Positions 23,386 to 37,499 of a stretch of DNA of 64,000 nucleotides are shown here, in pieces; within the stretch, counting starts at the first letter, position 1, and each line of letters begins with the position of its first letter. This stretch comes from Camelus ferus (taxonomy: Eukaryota): assembly GCF_009834535.1 (NCBI RefSeq), contig NC_045696.1:27964001-28028000 (forward strand). Reading direction: 5' to 3'. A model generated the notes under the pieces. That model was not told the DNA's origin, ran no database searches, and saw nothing but the letters and a program-made list of their open reading frames with translations. A program made the translations under genes and the position numbers.

Positions 23386-26300
23386 TTGAAATTGAGGTTT
23401 TATAGGTAGGTAAAATATATAGTATTTTGATCTAATAACAAGGCAGATTTAAAATGTACTTTTCTAAATGAATCAAGTTTAGGTGCATTGTGTCATTGCT
23501 ATACAAGATTCATAACTGCACACTTAACAGGTTAAGATCCTTGGATTCAGTTTCTTAACTGGTTTAAGATTACATGGCATATTCCTGTCCAAAGGCCTAT
23601 GTACCATTTTAATAGTCATTAATTAATTAGTTAAAACATCAATCTATATTAAGATACTAATCTATATGTACACCTATCTGAACCTAACTAATTAAATATT
23701 CATTGTGAAAACACTGAGCGTTTCTCCTCCTTCATTCTGTATGTGCTATTACCTTACTCTTAATGCTACAGAGACTGTGTGGAATAACTATGATCTAATC
23801 AAGTGCACTATGATCAGAATGTAAAAGCAAATGGAGACACCAAACAGGGCTGCAAGAGCTCACGGATCCATGGAAGAAAACAATCAAATGAAGATCTGAA
23901 ACTAGAATCTTGATTAAGAAAGGTATGCTACTGAATAACCAACTTGGGGTATTAGCGGAACGGGGGAACCTCAATGTTCTTATGAGCAAAAACCCTGGTA
24001 AAGTTGCACCCGAATCTAGGCTGAAGGTATTCTCCAATAACTAAGGGCTAGGAAATTCAGCTTAGCCAACTTGGAACTCAGTCAGTTGTAGACCAAACGG
24101 AAACCAGACATTGATGTTAAGCTTGTCAATATGAGACCGTTACTGAACAACGTGTCTGGAATATTTCAACAGACGTGGTTTGAACTGCTTCCACTCCCCA
24201 TTGCTCACACATCAATTGTGAGGAAACTACCTTTCCAATCTCACGATACTCAATTCCCCAAAACCCTCAGCTCCTCAGGAAGGTTATTTAACTTTCTCAG
24301 AATATAATGTTTACTTCAAGTTTCTACCCTTTCATTTAACTCTTTTACCATTCCCATCCCACCTTCCGACCATTTCAAATGTTACTTGTCTTTGTGAAGG
24401 CGTCCTCATTGTTCTCCCCTACCTGCCAGGCAGAAGTGATGACCCCCTCATCAGTGCTCCCTGGAAACTTCGCTTAGTGCTTTATTTCAGCCTTCCCCTG
24501 ATCCGTGGATCTATGCATGACTGTTTCCACCATATATTTTTGAGATTTCTAAACATCTGATGTGCAATAGAGAAACTAACCTGACCTGATTTCTAATGTC
24601 AATGTACCTAAAATCTAGGAGGAGCTACAGCTAAATAACAACAACAAAAATAAATGAGCATCATCTTAAGTGGAGAAAATGCAGAGTGTCCTATAGACAT
24701 ATCAGAAGAGGACCGTAGACAGTCACATCATGCTGTAGCACTCACTTACCTGTTTTAGTCCTTTCTAGCCTACCTTACAGATTGAACTTAATCAACAATT
24801 ATTGCACAAATCAAGACATAGATGATAATAGAAAGTTAATGACATTCCATAAATATCTATGATATACAGTAGAAATAATGCAAAGGAGAATGGGCCAAAG
24901 CTGGTGTCTGGTGTCACTTGTAGAACTTGCATATCTGTCAAGTCTTTAGATAGCTACCTTACCATGAAGGTAATATAGGAAATCTGCAGTATCAAAAATA
25001 ACCTTCATTTTGTAATGGGATTCCCTATAGCTCCCTCATTAGTTCCCATTAATTCAGTTAAGTGGAATTATTGTCTCCTAAATATTAATCAAATATAATA
25101 TTATGTCAATTGAACTGGTGGCTGGTCCTCTGGAGTTAGATCATCCATCAAGCATATTAGGGTTATATTAGACCCTAAGCATAAGTAGTATATGACATTT
25201 CATGATGTTATCATATTAAATTTAGTTCAATATACCTTTACCTACTCAGACCACCAAAACACTGAGATTCATGTTTCCTAGTTTTTCTATTAAAAGAAAA
25301 AATGAATAGGAAATTTGCATTTATATTAGGCATTTTGACTCCTTTGACATTGAAATCTAAAGCAAACCCTATCACTAAAGGAAAAATGAATCTAAAAAAA
25401 TAACATATAATACAAAGTATCCAAAGGTTTTTTTGTGCACAAATTCTAATTTGTTTCCATAGTCAGTAAAGCCTGGTTTTAGCTACAATAGCTTTTATCA
25501 TTTTTGAAAGCTGATTTTATTGTTGGGTTGCCGAACAGTCTTTTGTTAAGAAACATCAAAATTACTTAGAAGACAGTCATCCTTTCCAAAGTATTTTGGT
25601 TATTTTTGATGTAATTGGCACACTCTATATACACATTTTGAGTCTTTGATGCTGTGAACTGAGTCCTACAGAATATGTTAGAATATATTATTCAAATTAA
25701 TTCTAGCCTTTGCTTTAACCTTTATAGTATAATTTTTCAAGTATATCTATAGGGGATTCTATGAAATCAATATGGGCCTAAAGATCTTTTCCTGTCTAGA
25801 TGGGCACAATTCATATGCAATTTTATTCCCCTGATTATAGTCAGTCTCTGCTGGGTGGGCTCAGTAAATTTTTTCAGCTCACTTAATGCATCTTATTGTC
25901 CATACCAGGATCACCTTTTGTTCAGTATTGCTGATATGTCATTTCACTGACTAAAGAGTTCCAGGAAACATACAAAGCAGTTTTTATGCACGTGTGTGTG
26001 CCTGTGTATTAAATTAATCTAAGTGATTAATATTCTCAATGTCATTTTCAAAAGTTAAAACTGCAAAAGCTCACTGTGGAAACTGACGCACACTTTAAAA
26101 ATTGGAGTCTGGTTTAGTGTGGAGGGGAAAGGATGTTATCAGCCTTACTTTAACAAAAGAACCATTTTCCTTCATGGGACCATGGTTCTTTTGTTCTTTA
26201 GATCATTCTAAATCACTGCATTACATATGATTTTATTTTACTTCTAATAGGCTATACACATGAGTTTCCAGAGCTATGCGTAATATAGCAATTTCTCTCC

Positions 26301-27901
26301 AGCACAGAAAGGACATGTGAGATCAATTTTTTTCCTCCATACATTTCCTATTTTAACACACAGTAACTAATTTTACTTGCCAGGTTTTATGGCCTTTTAT
26401 TGGTTATGCAGTTTTATTTATATTCTTGCTTGCGACTAATTATCACATTCTGCATAATTTATAATGCATTCTACTGATGGTGAAGTCTGAATAATGAAAT
26501 CCATCTATAGAAAGAAATTGACTGCCTCCCACTGAAAATGCCAAGGAGAGTCTGAGCAGAAATTGTAAAAGACTTGGGAATTTATACTTAAAGTGAACTC
26601 ACTTCCTTTGTTCCACAAAAGAAAAAGAAAGTCTTTGGAGAATGGAGCTCAGTTGAATTTGGTCCAAAACAATTTTACCTACTTTCTGTAAACTGTGTGA
26701 CCTGGATTGATAGTCTTGGATCTTTAATTCTTACACTCTGCTACTTAAAAAGGAATAATAAAATTAAAAAAAAAAAGGAATTAGGTATAAGTGAACAGTT
26801 CATCACTGGGTTCATCGATACTGCTGATTCTGTGAAGTAGCTTAGGTTCACTTATACGACCATTACTAACATTATTAAAACACAGACCTATTTTAAAAAG
26901 AAAGAAATTGCCTATGAATGCATTCTTTTCCTTTGTCTATTAAATTGTTCAAGACACTAGTATAAGAAGATGCATTATAAATAAATATTTCCCAAATCTA
27001 ATGGTCAAATCTTTCTTAAATTGGCTATTCTGTGCTACTGGGAACTTCAGGACATTTTCAAACCATTTTTATTTCCCTTTTTATTCCTTATTGATCTCTA
27101 ATTTTTATCTCGTCCCCTTGTTACTCCTCCTTGTCACTGTCTTACCACCTTTCTATTCTGCTTGCTTTCAATTTTAGCAATTGTTGCACATAGTTTAGAA
27201 GAAGTTTTGATATTTTTTCTGTCAAACTTGAAACAAAAAAATGTGTTAAAATGCCTTTTATTTTCTATGTTATGAAAATTCAGACACTTTCTTTTACTTA
27301 TGGTAAGTGGTAAGAATGATGTGCATAATCAGTACAGAAATAGAAAATAAATTGAAAATTATGGCTCTTTATGTAAATTTTACATAGAAAACATATATTC
27401 TATCTTCTTTCTACTACTTCCTCAGAAAATCAGATCTGTATAATCTGGATTCATTTAAATCTTAATTTATGAATATTTGGGTATCCATCCAATCATTCAT
27501 ATACTTATTCATTCAAATACATATTTTATTCATTTCTTGAGTACATTAATAAAAATACTGCCAAAAATATTGACCTTGTATAAGTAAAACTAAGGCCTCA
27601 GTGCATAATGTTGCTGCTTATTTTGGATAACACACAGATAGGCCTTGCCTATGCAAACAAGTATAAAGCACGCTCCTTGTTTCCAAAAACTTAAATTTTG
27701 TTTGGGAATGCACGTAAGTAACATGAAGGATCATTTATAAAGAGCTTTACAGAGGCTAAATAAGATAGAACAAAGTAAATGGAAAAATGAATGGGCAAGT
27801 TAATGTTAGGAAACAATTGCCAAGGACCATGTTGACCAGAAAAACAGATACAATCGGGTTTGATCTTGAAACCCCAGAGTAAATGAAGAAAATAATGTTT
27901 A

Positions 27902-28375
27902 TGGGATATTTGGGCAACTAGTTAATCGTATTCCCAAATCCTTTTTCCCTTTCTTCCATTATCATTACTTTTGCCCTGCCATCAGCTGCTCAGCTGAAGA
28001 TTTCCCAGGCTCCCTTGCAGCTGGGTGGACCAGATGACAGTTCTTGCCAAAGGCAAGTGATTGGAAGTCCTGTGTGCAACCTCCTTAGCTCTTGCTTCAC
28101 TCTTCTATATCCCTTTCCACTGCCTCCCAATAAATGCAACACGGCTGAGCCAGTTCATATCAGTATCACTCAATCAACAACAACATCCAAGGGATGATGG
28201 AGCCGCTAAAGAAAATCACGTGGTTCCTGGAGAGTTTTGTAGAACAGAGCTGCTCTGCCCACTGCACTTGGGCTGCTTCACACAGAACATCAAGGCATCT
28301 AGCTTGTTTGAACCAGTGCAATTTTTCATGTCTGCTTTTGTTGCAGTAGTTTAGTTTCTGCCCTATATTGTAACT
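27902..28375 (+). mobile_element. MaLR LTR, MLT1J-like, inserted within a minus-strand L2 (L2 pieces ~27483-27890 and ~28400-28830)
   Basis: tttcccaggctcccttgcagctggg...gttcttgccaa...gaagtcctgtgtgcaact...gggatgatggagc...gaacagagctgc...cttgtttgaaccagtg. Confidence 0.7.
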
Positions 28376-29564
28376 CCTGCCATGGATGATAAAGACCCCA
28401 TCCAGAGGCATGCAGATGGTTGAGATGAACTGAAAAATGGAGGACTGAGAGTTTACTCTTGATAAAAGAAGGGAAAAGGGAGAATGAAAGAAAAGTGTGA
28501 GGGATTAATAATAGCCATGCCACTGAGTGGGAGAAAATGGAGATTCAGAGGGGCTTGCTTTGGGAAACAAAATACTGAAGAGTTCAGTTTTCATATGTTG
28601 CCTCTGAAGCAATAATTCCACATTCAAATGAAAACAAATATAAGGCAGTCACAGATGTAGGGCTGGTTGTCCATGGGAAAGGCAGGATGGGAATTCCAGC
28701 AGGAGAAGAAGTGCTTTCTCAAGCCAGACACATAACTATCAAAAAGATTATCTCAGGAAGAGAAACAAGGCCCTGTCTGAAGACGGAGCCTTCAGGTCAA
28801 GACATTTAAGAGTCAGATGACCAAACTACTTTCAAAGATATAACCAACAATTAAAAATATACATTTAACATCTGTTCATTAGATGAGATCACTGTAGGGA
28901 AGTAAACAGCTCTCTGACAGCAGAAACAGCACTGACCTTGATCATCTGAGAGGCGTAGAATGTTTGCTTTGTCTTAGGGGTGGGACTGAGTCACAGGTCT
29001 TTCTGTGTCTCAAAGTCCTCTTGCATAAAGTAGTATGATATATGTTTAAAATGGTGATGAGGTGTTGCGCTGTTCATTTCTCTCTTCTCTGACTGATAAA
29101 ATTCTAGTTATTGTTCAAGAAAACTGTCAGACATCAGCATCTCTGTGAAGCCTATATCCTGAGGAAAAATCCACTAACTTTTGATTATTGTATATTTATG
29201 AGTTCGTGTTTTTAGCGAGATGTCATTTATTTTTTGTCAATTAAAGTCACTCTGCTGGTTATGTACTCTTTGCAATAACTAAGTCGATTTGTTCAATAGA
29301 TGGCACAGATAGGAATTTCAGACATATATATGATGACATAATACAATTATAATAGTTATTATAATAGGCTTGGATTTAGAAAGATTGCATTAATTTAGAA
29401 ACAATAATTTGGTATGCCGTCTACTGAGAGTTTGAAAAGCCTTAATATGCATATAATATTTTATTATGTGCTCTACTGTATTTGAAGACCAACTGATGGA
29501 GATGGTTTAATATTGTGACAAACAACTTGGTTTTGTAAGCCTTTGTCACTGCACTGAATTCCCC

Positions 29565-29703
29565 TACTCTTACACTAGATTCTGAATTCTCCTAAGAAGG
29601 AGAACTTGTACTAATTTCACTAACCACAGTGTTGAGCTGGTGAACTGCTATGTAACAGACACCAAGTAAGTGCTGAATAAAAAGATGTCTGAATGAGTGA
29701 GTG
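29565..29703 (+). mobile_element. L2 3' tail
   Basis: cactagattctgaattctcctaagaagg...agtaagtgctgaataaa...tgaatgagtgagtg. Confidence 0.6.
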
Positions 29704-30059
29704 CTTTGGATAAAATGAGACAATATATCAATTCTTTTGTTAGTATTTTAATTCAAAAGAACTGAATTACTTAGAAATTACTAAAATAATGCAAAGCTGA
29801 TCCAGTTTCCCTCTGATCCATCTGTCATATTTATTATAATTTTAAATTTACAAACATAATCACATGTATTTAAAAATACTAGAATTCATGGCGCCATTGC
29901 AGAAGATTAAAAATGGAAACCATAACTAGTTCCTACACTAATAAAAGTTAGCAAAATACTGTCAATTCAAAGTATCCTTACAAAACACATAACTTAGTAT
30001 TCACTTCTGGTCTTTTTCAAGGCTGTTTAAAATTTGTATCTGTAATTTATTTATTTAAC

Positions 30060-30715
30060 AGATAATAGATACTATGAATCAGATGCTATTTTAGCACTTC
30101 AAAATTATTATCTCATTTAATCCTCATAACAACCTTCATCTGCACTTTACAGATGCAAAAAATGAGGCAACGACAGATCTTGTATTTTATCCAGGGTCAA
30201 ACTGCCAATAACTGTAAACTGTAGTCACATGTTGGCAACTAACATGCCCCAAACTTAGTACATTTTCGGTTCCCTATCACTAGACCCTACCACTCTTTAT
30301 TCGACCTCTAGATGCCACTTGTGACTCAGTCTTTGAAGACACAAGCTTGGAAGTCATCCTCCAAGCCTCTTTCTCATATCCCACATCCAACTGGTTGTCT
30401 GACTTCAGCGGATCCCTATTACCTACAGAAGAGAAGGTAAACTCCAAAGCAACGTTCTTTCCCACTTTGATTTCACCACCTTCACAACCTCATGTAGAGC
30501 ACAGACCCTGGAACCACACAGCCTGGGTTTGAATTCCATCCAGTTTTGATGCTTGGTAGCCATGAATTCTAAAACTGTTACTCTCCCAATACGTAAGTTT
30601 CCTCATCCATCAAACACCTATAAAACAGTGCCGACGTAGAATGGTTATGGTAAAATTCAGTGAAAGCCCCCAGAAGAGACCAGCACTTAGTAAAGAGTTT
30701 AGGATGTATTAGCTC
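30060..30715. mobile_element. Cluster: MIR (minus, ~30060-30215), L2 piece (plus, ~30240-30425), MIR (plus, ~30495-30715)
   Basis: tctcatttaatcctcataacaacc...tttacagatg; cttggaagtcatcctccaagcctctttctc...cccacatccaa; agagcacagaccctggaacc...cctgggtttgaatt...agtttcctcatc. Confidence 0.65.
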
Positions 30716-33684
30716 TTCTTGTTAAGTAACATTGCTATAGATCCTTATGCATAACCCTCTCATATGCAAAGAAGTCTGAACTCCCCATGGTTCATTAAAG
30801 GTACGTCTTCTTTAATGCACAAAAGTAAATGTAAGGAAATGCCTTTGTTCAAAGTGTTTTCTTTACTTGGTAAACTCCTACTCTCCATCAAAACCTTTCC
30901 TGGACACCTCCGAGAGTATTAGGCATCTGTCTACCTCCTTCCCAGAATAAGTACCTCTATTATAGTATCTATCATAACCTATTGCCTTGATTTTGTTGCT
31001 TTCTGTCCGTGAACTCATGTCACCACTCTACCCCCAGGAAAATGCCTAGTTTTCCAATACTGCTTGGCTAGGCACAAGGTCAGACGAGCAAATGAACAAT
31101 GGAATATCTACCCCTTATAAAGCACTCTCACAAATAAGTGCTAACTTTTGGGTTGCCCAGTGAAAATTTTAGCTAGGGTGTCAGGGGCACACCTATATTA
31201 ATGATTGCTCCCAAATATGTTTTTACCAGTATGTACAAAATGGGGGGATGAATGGATAACAGAGAGGAGACCACAGTATGACTTTCTATTCTCTTGGGTT
31301 TTTTTTTTTTCCCCACTTATAAAGGGTATAGATTAACAGTATAGCTAAAGTTGAGTTGACACTATAATCTTCTTTATTTCCCTAATACTAGGTTTCTGGT
31401 CTGTGTTATTATGAGAGGTTTAACTCTCAGCCTTCACCTCAGCCTTCTGGTGTCACCTGGCCTACAGGCTTAATAGCTTTCCTAAGCCCTTAAGTAAACA
31501 GTTTAAGAAATTTACCATTACTCTATTGAATTAACTTCTGAGGCCAAATATAAAGCATCTCATTTTAACTCATTTTAACACACAACTCATTTCTCAAGAT
31601 TTAGCAGCTGAGGAATTTTATGAATGTGAAATGATCATTATATGTATGCTCTTCAGATTTGAAAAAAGGGATAATGAGAATAATAATTTATAATATGTTC
31701 CCTCTTGTTGTAAAGGCGGCGCTATTTAAAACTGCAGAAAAATTATGAAAATACTAAAACGTTAGCCAATGAAAACACAAGACCATTGAGGAGTTAAAAT
31801 AAGCTCTCTAACAAGCATTAGTACTTTCTGGAACCAGAAAGATTTATATTTAGAATCTGCTAATTCTTACTGAACAAAAAGTAACTCATCCTTTTTTAAC
31901 TAAAAAATGAAAACAAAACATGGTAATATAAAATTAAAGAAAAGAGAAAAAAATCTAAGAGCTATCTGAATCTAAATAAATAAGACCAAAATGAATATCT
32001 GAATGGTAAAAAAACAATAATCTCAATTTTGCAATAATCTTAATATAATTAGCATGAAAGAAATAAATTAACATCCAATGTTCTCTGTTTCCTATGGCCT
32101 TGCAAACAGGAATTCTTCTTCCTCAAAATAGCATCAAATCACTAGAATATTTATAAAGCACTTTAACAGGTCATAGCAAATTGGACTAGCTTTTTATTGC
32201 TCATGCTACATTTGGTCCAACCTGTACGAGAAAAAGTGCACACAGGAAGACAGAGACCTTGAGTGACATAGAGAACACATGTATTCTTGTGGTGACTATT
32301 GCTAAATGCTGTATTTTATGGTTTCCACTCTTTCATAAAAGAGCCATGTCCTCCAAAATAAAAACAATGGAAATCATGACAACTAAACAAAAGTAATATT
32401 TTCTGTGGTATTATTTTTTAAACTCTGAATTGCTGTCTCAAAATTATACCATATAATATTTTGAACATGTTATTAGGAAAATAAAAATCCTTTTGGCTGG
32501 GAAACACTGTGTTGGATTAATATTCTTGGATTGTTTTACAGATACCTAATTGACCACCAGAGACAATAAATACAATTCTATGAATCTAATGGCTAGACAC
32601 AGCAAATTAAGATAAAGCAAATACTAAACCTTAGAGCCATGCACTTCAGACAAAATATATTTCTTCGTCTAGACCAAGATCTATATATGCATGTAAAGTA
32701 ACAAAGAAATCAGATTTAATTTGTTGTGGGTCAGCTTCTGCCCTTGAATACTTTATGTATAACTTCTGCTGAAGTCAATAAGATTTACCCTTGAGTCTCC
32801 AAGATCCAAATTGGAGAATTGGATCTCTCCTTGCTTCCACAGTAAACGATAAAAAAGAACAAATGACTGTAGCCCTAAACACTTAGGCTTAATATTCAAC
32901 ATAGATAAGTAATTTTAAATGATTTTTACATATATTATTAATGAATCAAAATTAAATCTGAAAATACACATGTATGTAGTATTAACATATGTGGGGAGAA
33001 TATAGTCAAATATGGTTTAAAAGGACTACAAACTCAAGAAAAAAATGGCAATTACAATTGTGGAACTAAAAAAGTAAGATTTACTTATTTCTTAACATGA
33101 GTTTGAACACATAGCATTAACATTAAAAAATAGAATTAATAAGTTCAAATACATTTAAAATTAGACTGTAATCTGTTTATCAGTGCTGCCTAATGTTAAG
33201 AAAATAGGTAATACTTTTCTAATTAAAAAAAACTCTACTGTTACAAATGTAGAGTTTATCAAGATATTGATACTAAACAGAATTTGTGAGAACACAGGTT
33301 TCTCCTGGTTGTCTTTTTTTAACCTCATGTTAGCAGCATGTTTTCTTCACCCATCATTTTTCCAAATCACCATTCCCAGTGTGTGGAGGTGCAATACAGT
33401 TCCATATACAATTCATGTACCCGGAGAAATAAACAATTCATAAGTACATTTCCACATATGGAGGATTTTATATGTGTATTTCAAAGAAGTATTTACATGA
33501 TAACAAAGAACTTGGCACTCTTCCAACAACTCATTTGTTGACAAGGTCTCTCTCAGGGACAAACCCAAATAATCAATTTTGTCCTTGATGCAAAGAAACT
33601 TTGAATATTACTCAAACATATAAATGCCTCATTATTTGTTTTATATTAATTAGTATTTCGTGCACTAGCTTTGGCCTGGGTATG

Positions 33685-33970
33685 TTCTTAAAATATAAAT
33701 GTGATCATATGATTTACTATTAAAAGTTTTCAATCATTTTCTGTCTTACTGAAAAAAAGAAAACTTTACATTTTTGTGTAGGTAGGTGTGTGTGGTCCTT
33801 CATAGTTTGGCCTCTTTGAACATCTCTTGCCTCTCCTTGCCTTACACGCTGCACTCCAGGCAAACCCAAGTCACCGTTTTCCCCCGTTGGATCAGCACCT
33901 TTGAACAGGTTCTTCCCAGACTCCACTCCTTTCCTCCACCTTCATGAGGCGGGTTCCTCCTCATCTCTGC
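33685..33970 (+). mobile_element. L2 fragment
   Basis: ttcttaaaatataaatgtgatcatatg...ggtccttcatagtttggcc...ctgcactccagg. Confidence 0.5.
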
Positions 33971-34243
33971 ATAATAACAAACTCATTTTACCCTTTAACT
34001 ATAAATCTCTGAACTATTCCAGTTGTTTTGACCACTCTCTCATTAGCAGCTCATATATTTAAAGAGAAATAACCCAAAGCAGAGGCGTGACAATTGAGGA
34101 GGGAGGAAATGGAAAGAGAGTAGAGGAGATTGCTTAGAAGCTGGTTAAAGAACCTCTCTGAGGTTTTGCAGGCCTGGCCTGAGTGACAATTACAAAGGTA
34201 ATAACAGGAAGTCCTTTTTTTTTTTCCTATTTCAAAGTTTGTA

Positions 34244-34580
34244 CTTTTTTTTAAATAAAAGTATAGCTGATTTACAATCTTGTGTTAATTTCTGGTGTAC
34301 AGCATAGTGATTCAATTATACAGACATATATTCATTTCATTATAGGTTATTACAAGCTTTTGAATATAGCTCCCTGTGCTATACAGTAGGACACTGTTGT
34401 TTATCTATTTTGCATATAGTAGTTTGTATCTGCTATTCCCAAACTCCTAATTTATCCCCCTCCACCCTGCTTTGGTAACCATTAGTCTGTTTTCTATGTC
34501 TGTGAGTCTGTTTCTGTTTTGTCAATAAGTTCATTTGTGTCATTTTTTGAGAATGCATAAATAAGTAATTCCATATCATA
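34244..34580 (-). mobile_element. Artiodactyl-type L1 3'UTR fragment
   Basis: agtatagctgatttacaatcttgtgttaatttctggtgtacagcatagtgattca...ctccctgtgctatacagtagg...ttggtaaccat...ctatgtctgtgagtctgtttctg. Confidence 0.88.
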
Positions 34581-36537
34581 CTAAGTGATGTAGGGCAGAC
34601 AGAGAGAGACAAATTACCGGAAGTCTTTGCTGGCGTGCCCCACAGGGGACAGCTGCCCTCTCCATACCACTGAGTGCACAGCCAAGGACTGCAGGCACTG
34701 AGTTGTGGTCAAGGAAGTGGCCCCCTCTGGGCAGCCCTGTGCTTAGGTGTTTTTGCATTCCTGGCTCAGGCTCCTTCGTTCAGGGACTTCTTTAAGTAGG
34801 GTCTTTGGCTTTCCTCAGGTGCCTCTGCTAAAACTTCCTTCCTGGGGACGGGGAGTTAGGGGAAGAGCAGGAAGCCTTGAAGATACTTTTTTCTATACAT
34901 CTTAATACTCACTAATTACCAGTTCTATCCCTTCCCCCTCTCCCTTTCTCTGGCTCAGGTCCATTGAACATCAAAAGCCCTTTTATTCAGGTCTCCCAGA
35001 CCCCCAAGTCCATGCTGATCCACCTTAGCTTTGGTCCATACCATTCAATGGGGGAAAAAAAAATGGAAGGAGAGGTGGGGGAGAGAGCCACTTGCTCTGG
35101 TTTCAGCCTCTTGTTTATACTACTGCGGTACCCATTTAAAGATTGACTGTTCACTTCCACTTTTGGCTTGACTACTCCAACACCTGGCAGTTCCACTCTC
35201 TCCAGCTCAGCTGCGCTCCTGACAGTGGGATGGAAAGATGGTAATGAGCTCCAGGGAGCTTCTGTATGACTTGAAGATGTTAGTAAATGGAGGTGCTGAA
35301 ATAGAACTGTCTGTGAAACACTACCCTGGCTCTGTCATGAATTGCTGTTGCCGGTAATAGATTTGTAAAATTCATGAAACCGTAGCATCTTCAGCATCTA
35401 CATAAAAACTAAGGAGCAAAGCTGAGGAGTGACAAGAAGTTGATTAAACTGATCATTCTTTTCTCTTCTGCAGTAAGAGAGGTACCCTGCATTAACTTTG
35501 GCCATCATCCTTAAAAGCGTGAATTTGTTACGGTCTAATGGTATCCTTCTTCCACATGGGAAGTCAGTTGATGGGGTGGGAGAGAATATGATGGTTATAA
35601 TTTCCAGGAAAGTGATCGAATCTGATATTTTATTATTTTGAAAGCCTAAAAAGAGAATAATTAGATTCCTGATTCCAGATTCCTGGGCCGAAGAGGAAAG
35701 GAGGTACAGTGATCTGATCTGTGAGTGGACAGTTGGTGTTTTGAGGATGGTTTGCAGTTTGGAAAAGGCTGTTTCATGTGAACAGGGGAATGGGCACTTC
35801 TATAAGGCGTCTGCCGATACCTACAGCAGCAGTCAGACTAGAGGACTAAAACTGAATTCCAACCTAAACACTCTAGACCAGCTGTTATTTTCTGGCTGTC
35901 ACTCACATTGGAGGCTTCTTCAAGATAGTGGGTACATGTCAAAGGGACTAGGGATTGGAGAGCCTTTAAGTTGTATGTTTTTACACCACAAAAGAGGCAG
36001 TAGGGTGCAATCTAAAGTTACATAATTAAGCTTCTGTAAGCCATTTGTGAGTTATTTTTTTCCATAAAATGAGCAAAGATATTTATCTTAGCATTGCATG
36101 AATTAGCATGAGACTCACAATTTATAAATTCTTTAATTCTGCCTTGAATTAAGGTATAGATTTGTGAGATTGATATAATAATTTTAAAATAATTTCTTAC
36201 TGTAGAGTCACTTGACTAAATCCTCAATACTATTAATATTAAAATTCCTGTTACACTTCCATGATAGTCATTTCATATCAGAAACTGAGAGCATGAGTCA
36301 ATATTACTTTGGGTAACTAAATAATGTCCAATTTTAGACTTTAAAGTATAAAAGGAAGCCAAAATACTAACAATTGATAAGAAGCAAATATAAAACACTT
36401 TAAAGACAAGAAGTCAGGTATCATTTAAATCAAATCTTCACTAAAAAAAAGAAAAAAATCTCCAAAATAAATACCTACAATAGAAGAGAATTACTGTAGA
36501 TAAAAAATGTAGGATATTATTTAAAATTTAAAAACAA

Positions 36538-36690
36538 GGAGGGAGGGTATAGCTCAGAGGTAGTGTTTATGCTTAGCATGCATGAGGTCCTGGGTTCAAT
36601 CCCCAGTACCTCCATTAAAATAAATAAATAAATAAATAAATAAACAAACCTAATTACCTCCCCCAGCCAAAAAAATTTTTTTAATTAAAA
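36538..36690 (+). mobile_element. tRNA-Ala-derived SINE (camelid Vic-1-like), long form with TSD
   Basis: gggagggtatagctcagaggtag...gcttagcatgcatgaggtcctgggttcaatccccagtacctcca, then (TAAA)n and aaacctaattacctccccc. Flanks are taaaatttaaaaacaa (36522-36537) and taaaatttaaaaccat (36691-36706), 14/16 identical. Confidence 0.88.
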
Positions 36691-37499
36691 TAAAATTTAA
36701 AACCATATTCTTCTTAGTTTTAATAGCTATTCATACTTCCTTTTAATTATTAGTTAAATTTCAAAAATACATTTCCTACACAAACACCAAATATTATTTT
36801 GGATTTAGAATTTTACAGGCCCAAACTCAAGAAAAATAATTATTGTTATATTTTAGAATTTATAATATATGATGAAACTTTATACTGAATGTATAAAAAT
36901 GATAGATGTTAATAAAACAGAATTTAAAAAATAATCTGCTTAGTAAACATACTCAAGCATCTATGCTGTCAGATACCATGTGAGGGGCTGATGACATGGA
37001 TCTTAAAAACGTAATTTCCAAAAGGATCAAACTGAAGGTAAAATTAACTGGTGCTTTCTGATTTTTTGTTTTTTTCATCTTAAAAATATCAGAAAATTTG
37101 TTTAAAAAGTTTGCTTTTTTCTCATTAATTTAATATAGATTCAAAAATCAAACCAGTTATGAATTCCATACCAAAGATCAGTTTGACAATCATGGCCAAA
37201 ACTATGAAATTCTGTCTTAAGTACATGTGACTTTTTGGATTCATCACTCTAAAAGTCATGTTAGAGCTAAACTTTAGATTTTAAACAGCCCATGAAGAAA
37301 TGCAGATTTTGGACTGCTCAGGGATATCCTTCCCTACCATTTCTTCCCTTCAGCCTCACAGTTTTTTTCAGCGAAGAGGCAGCCATGTTCAAAAGTGAGT
37401 TTTAAGTAGGAAAAAAAAAATCAGCATAAAACTTACATAAAGACCCAGAAAAAATATAATCTAAAAAATGAAAAAACAACAAAAAACACATTAAAATTA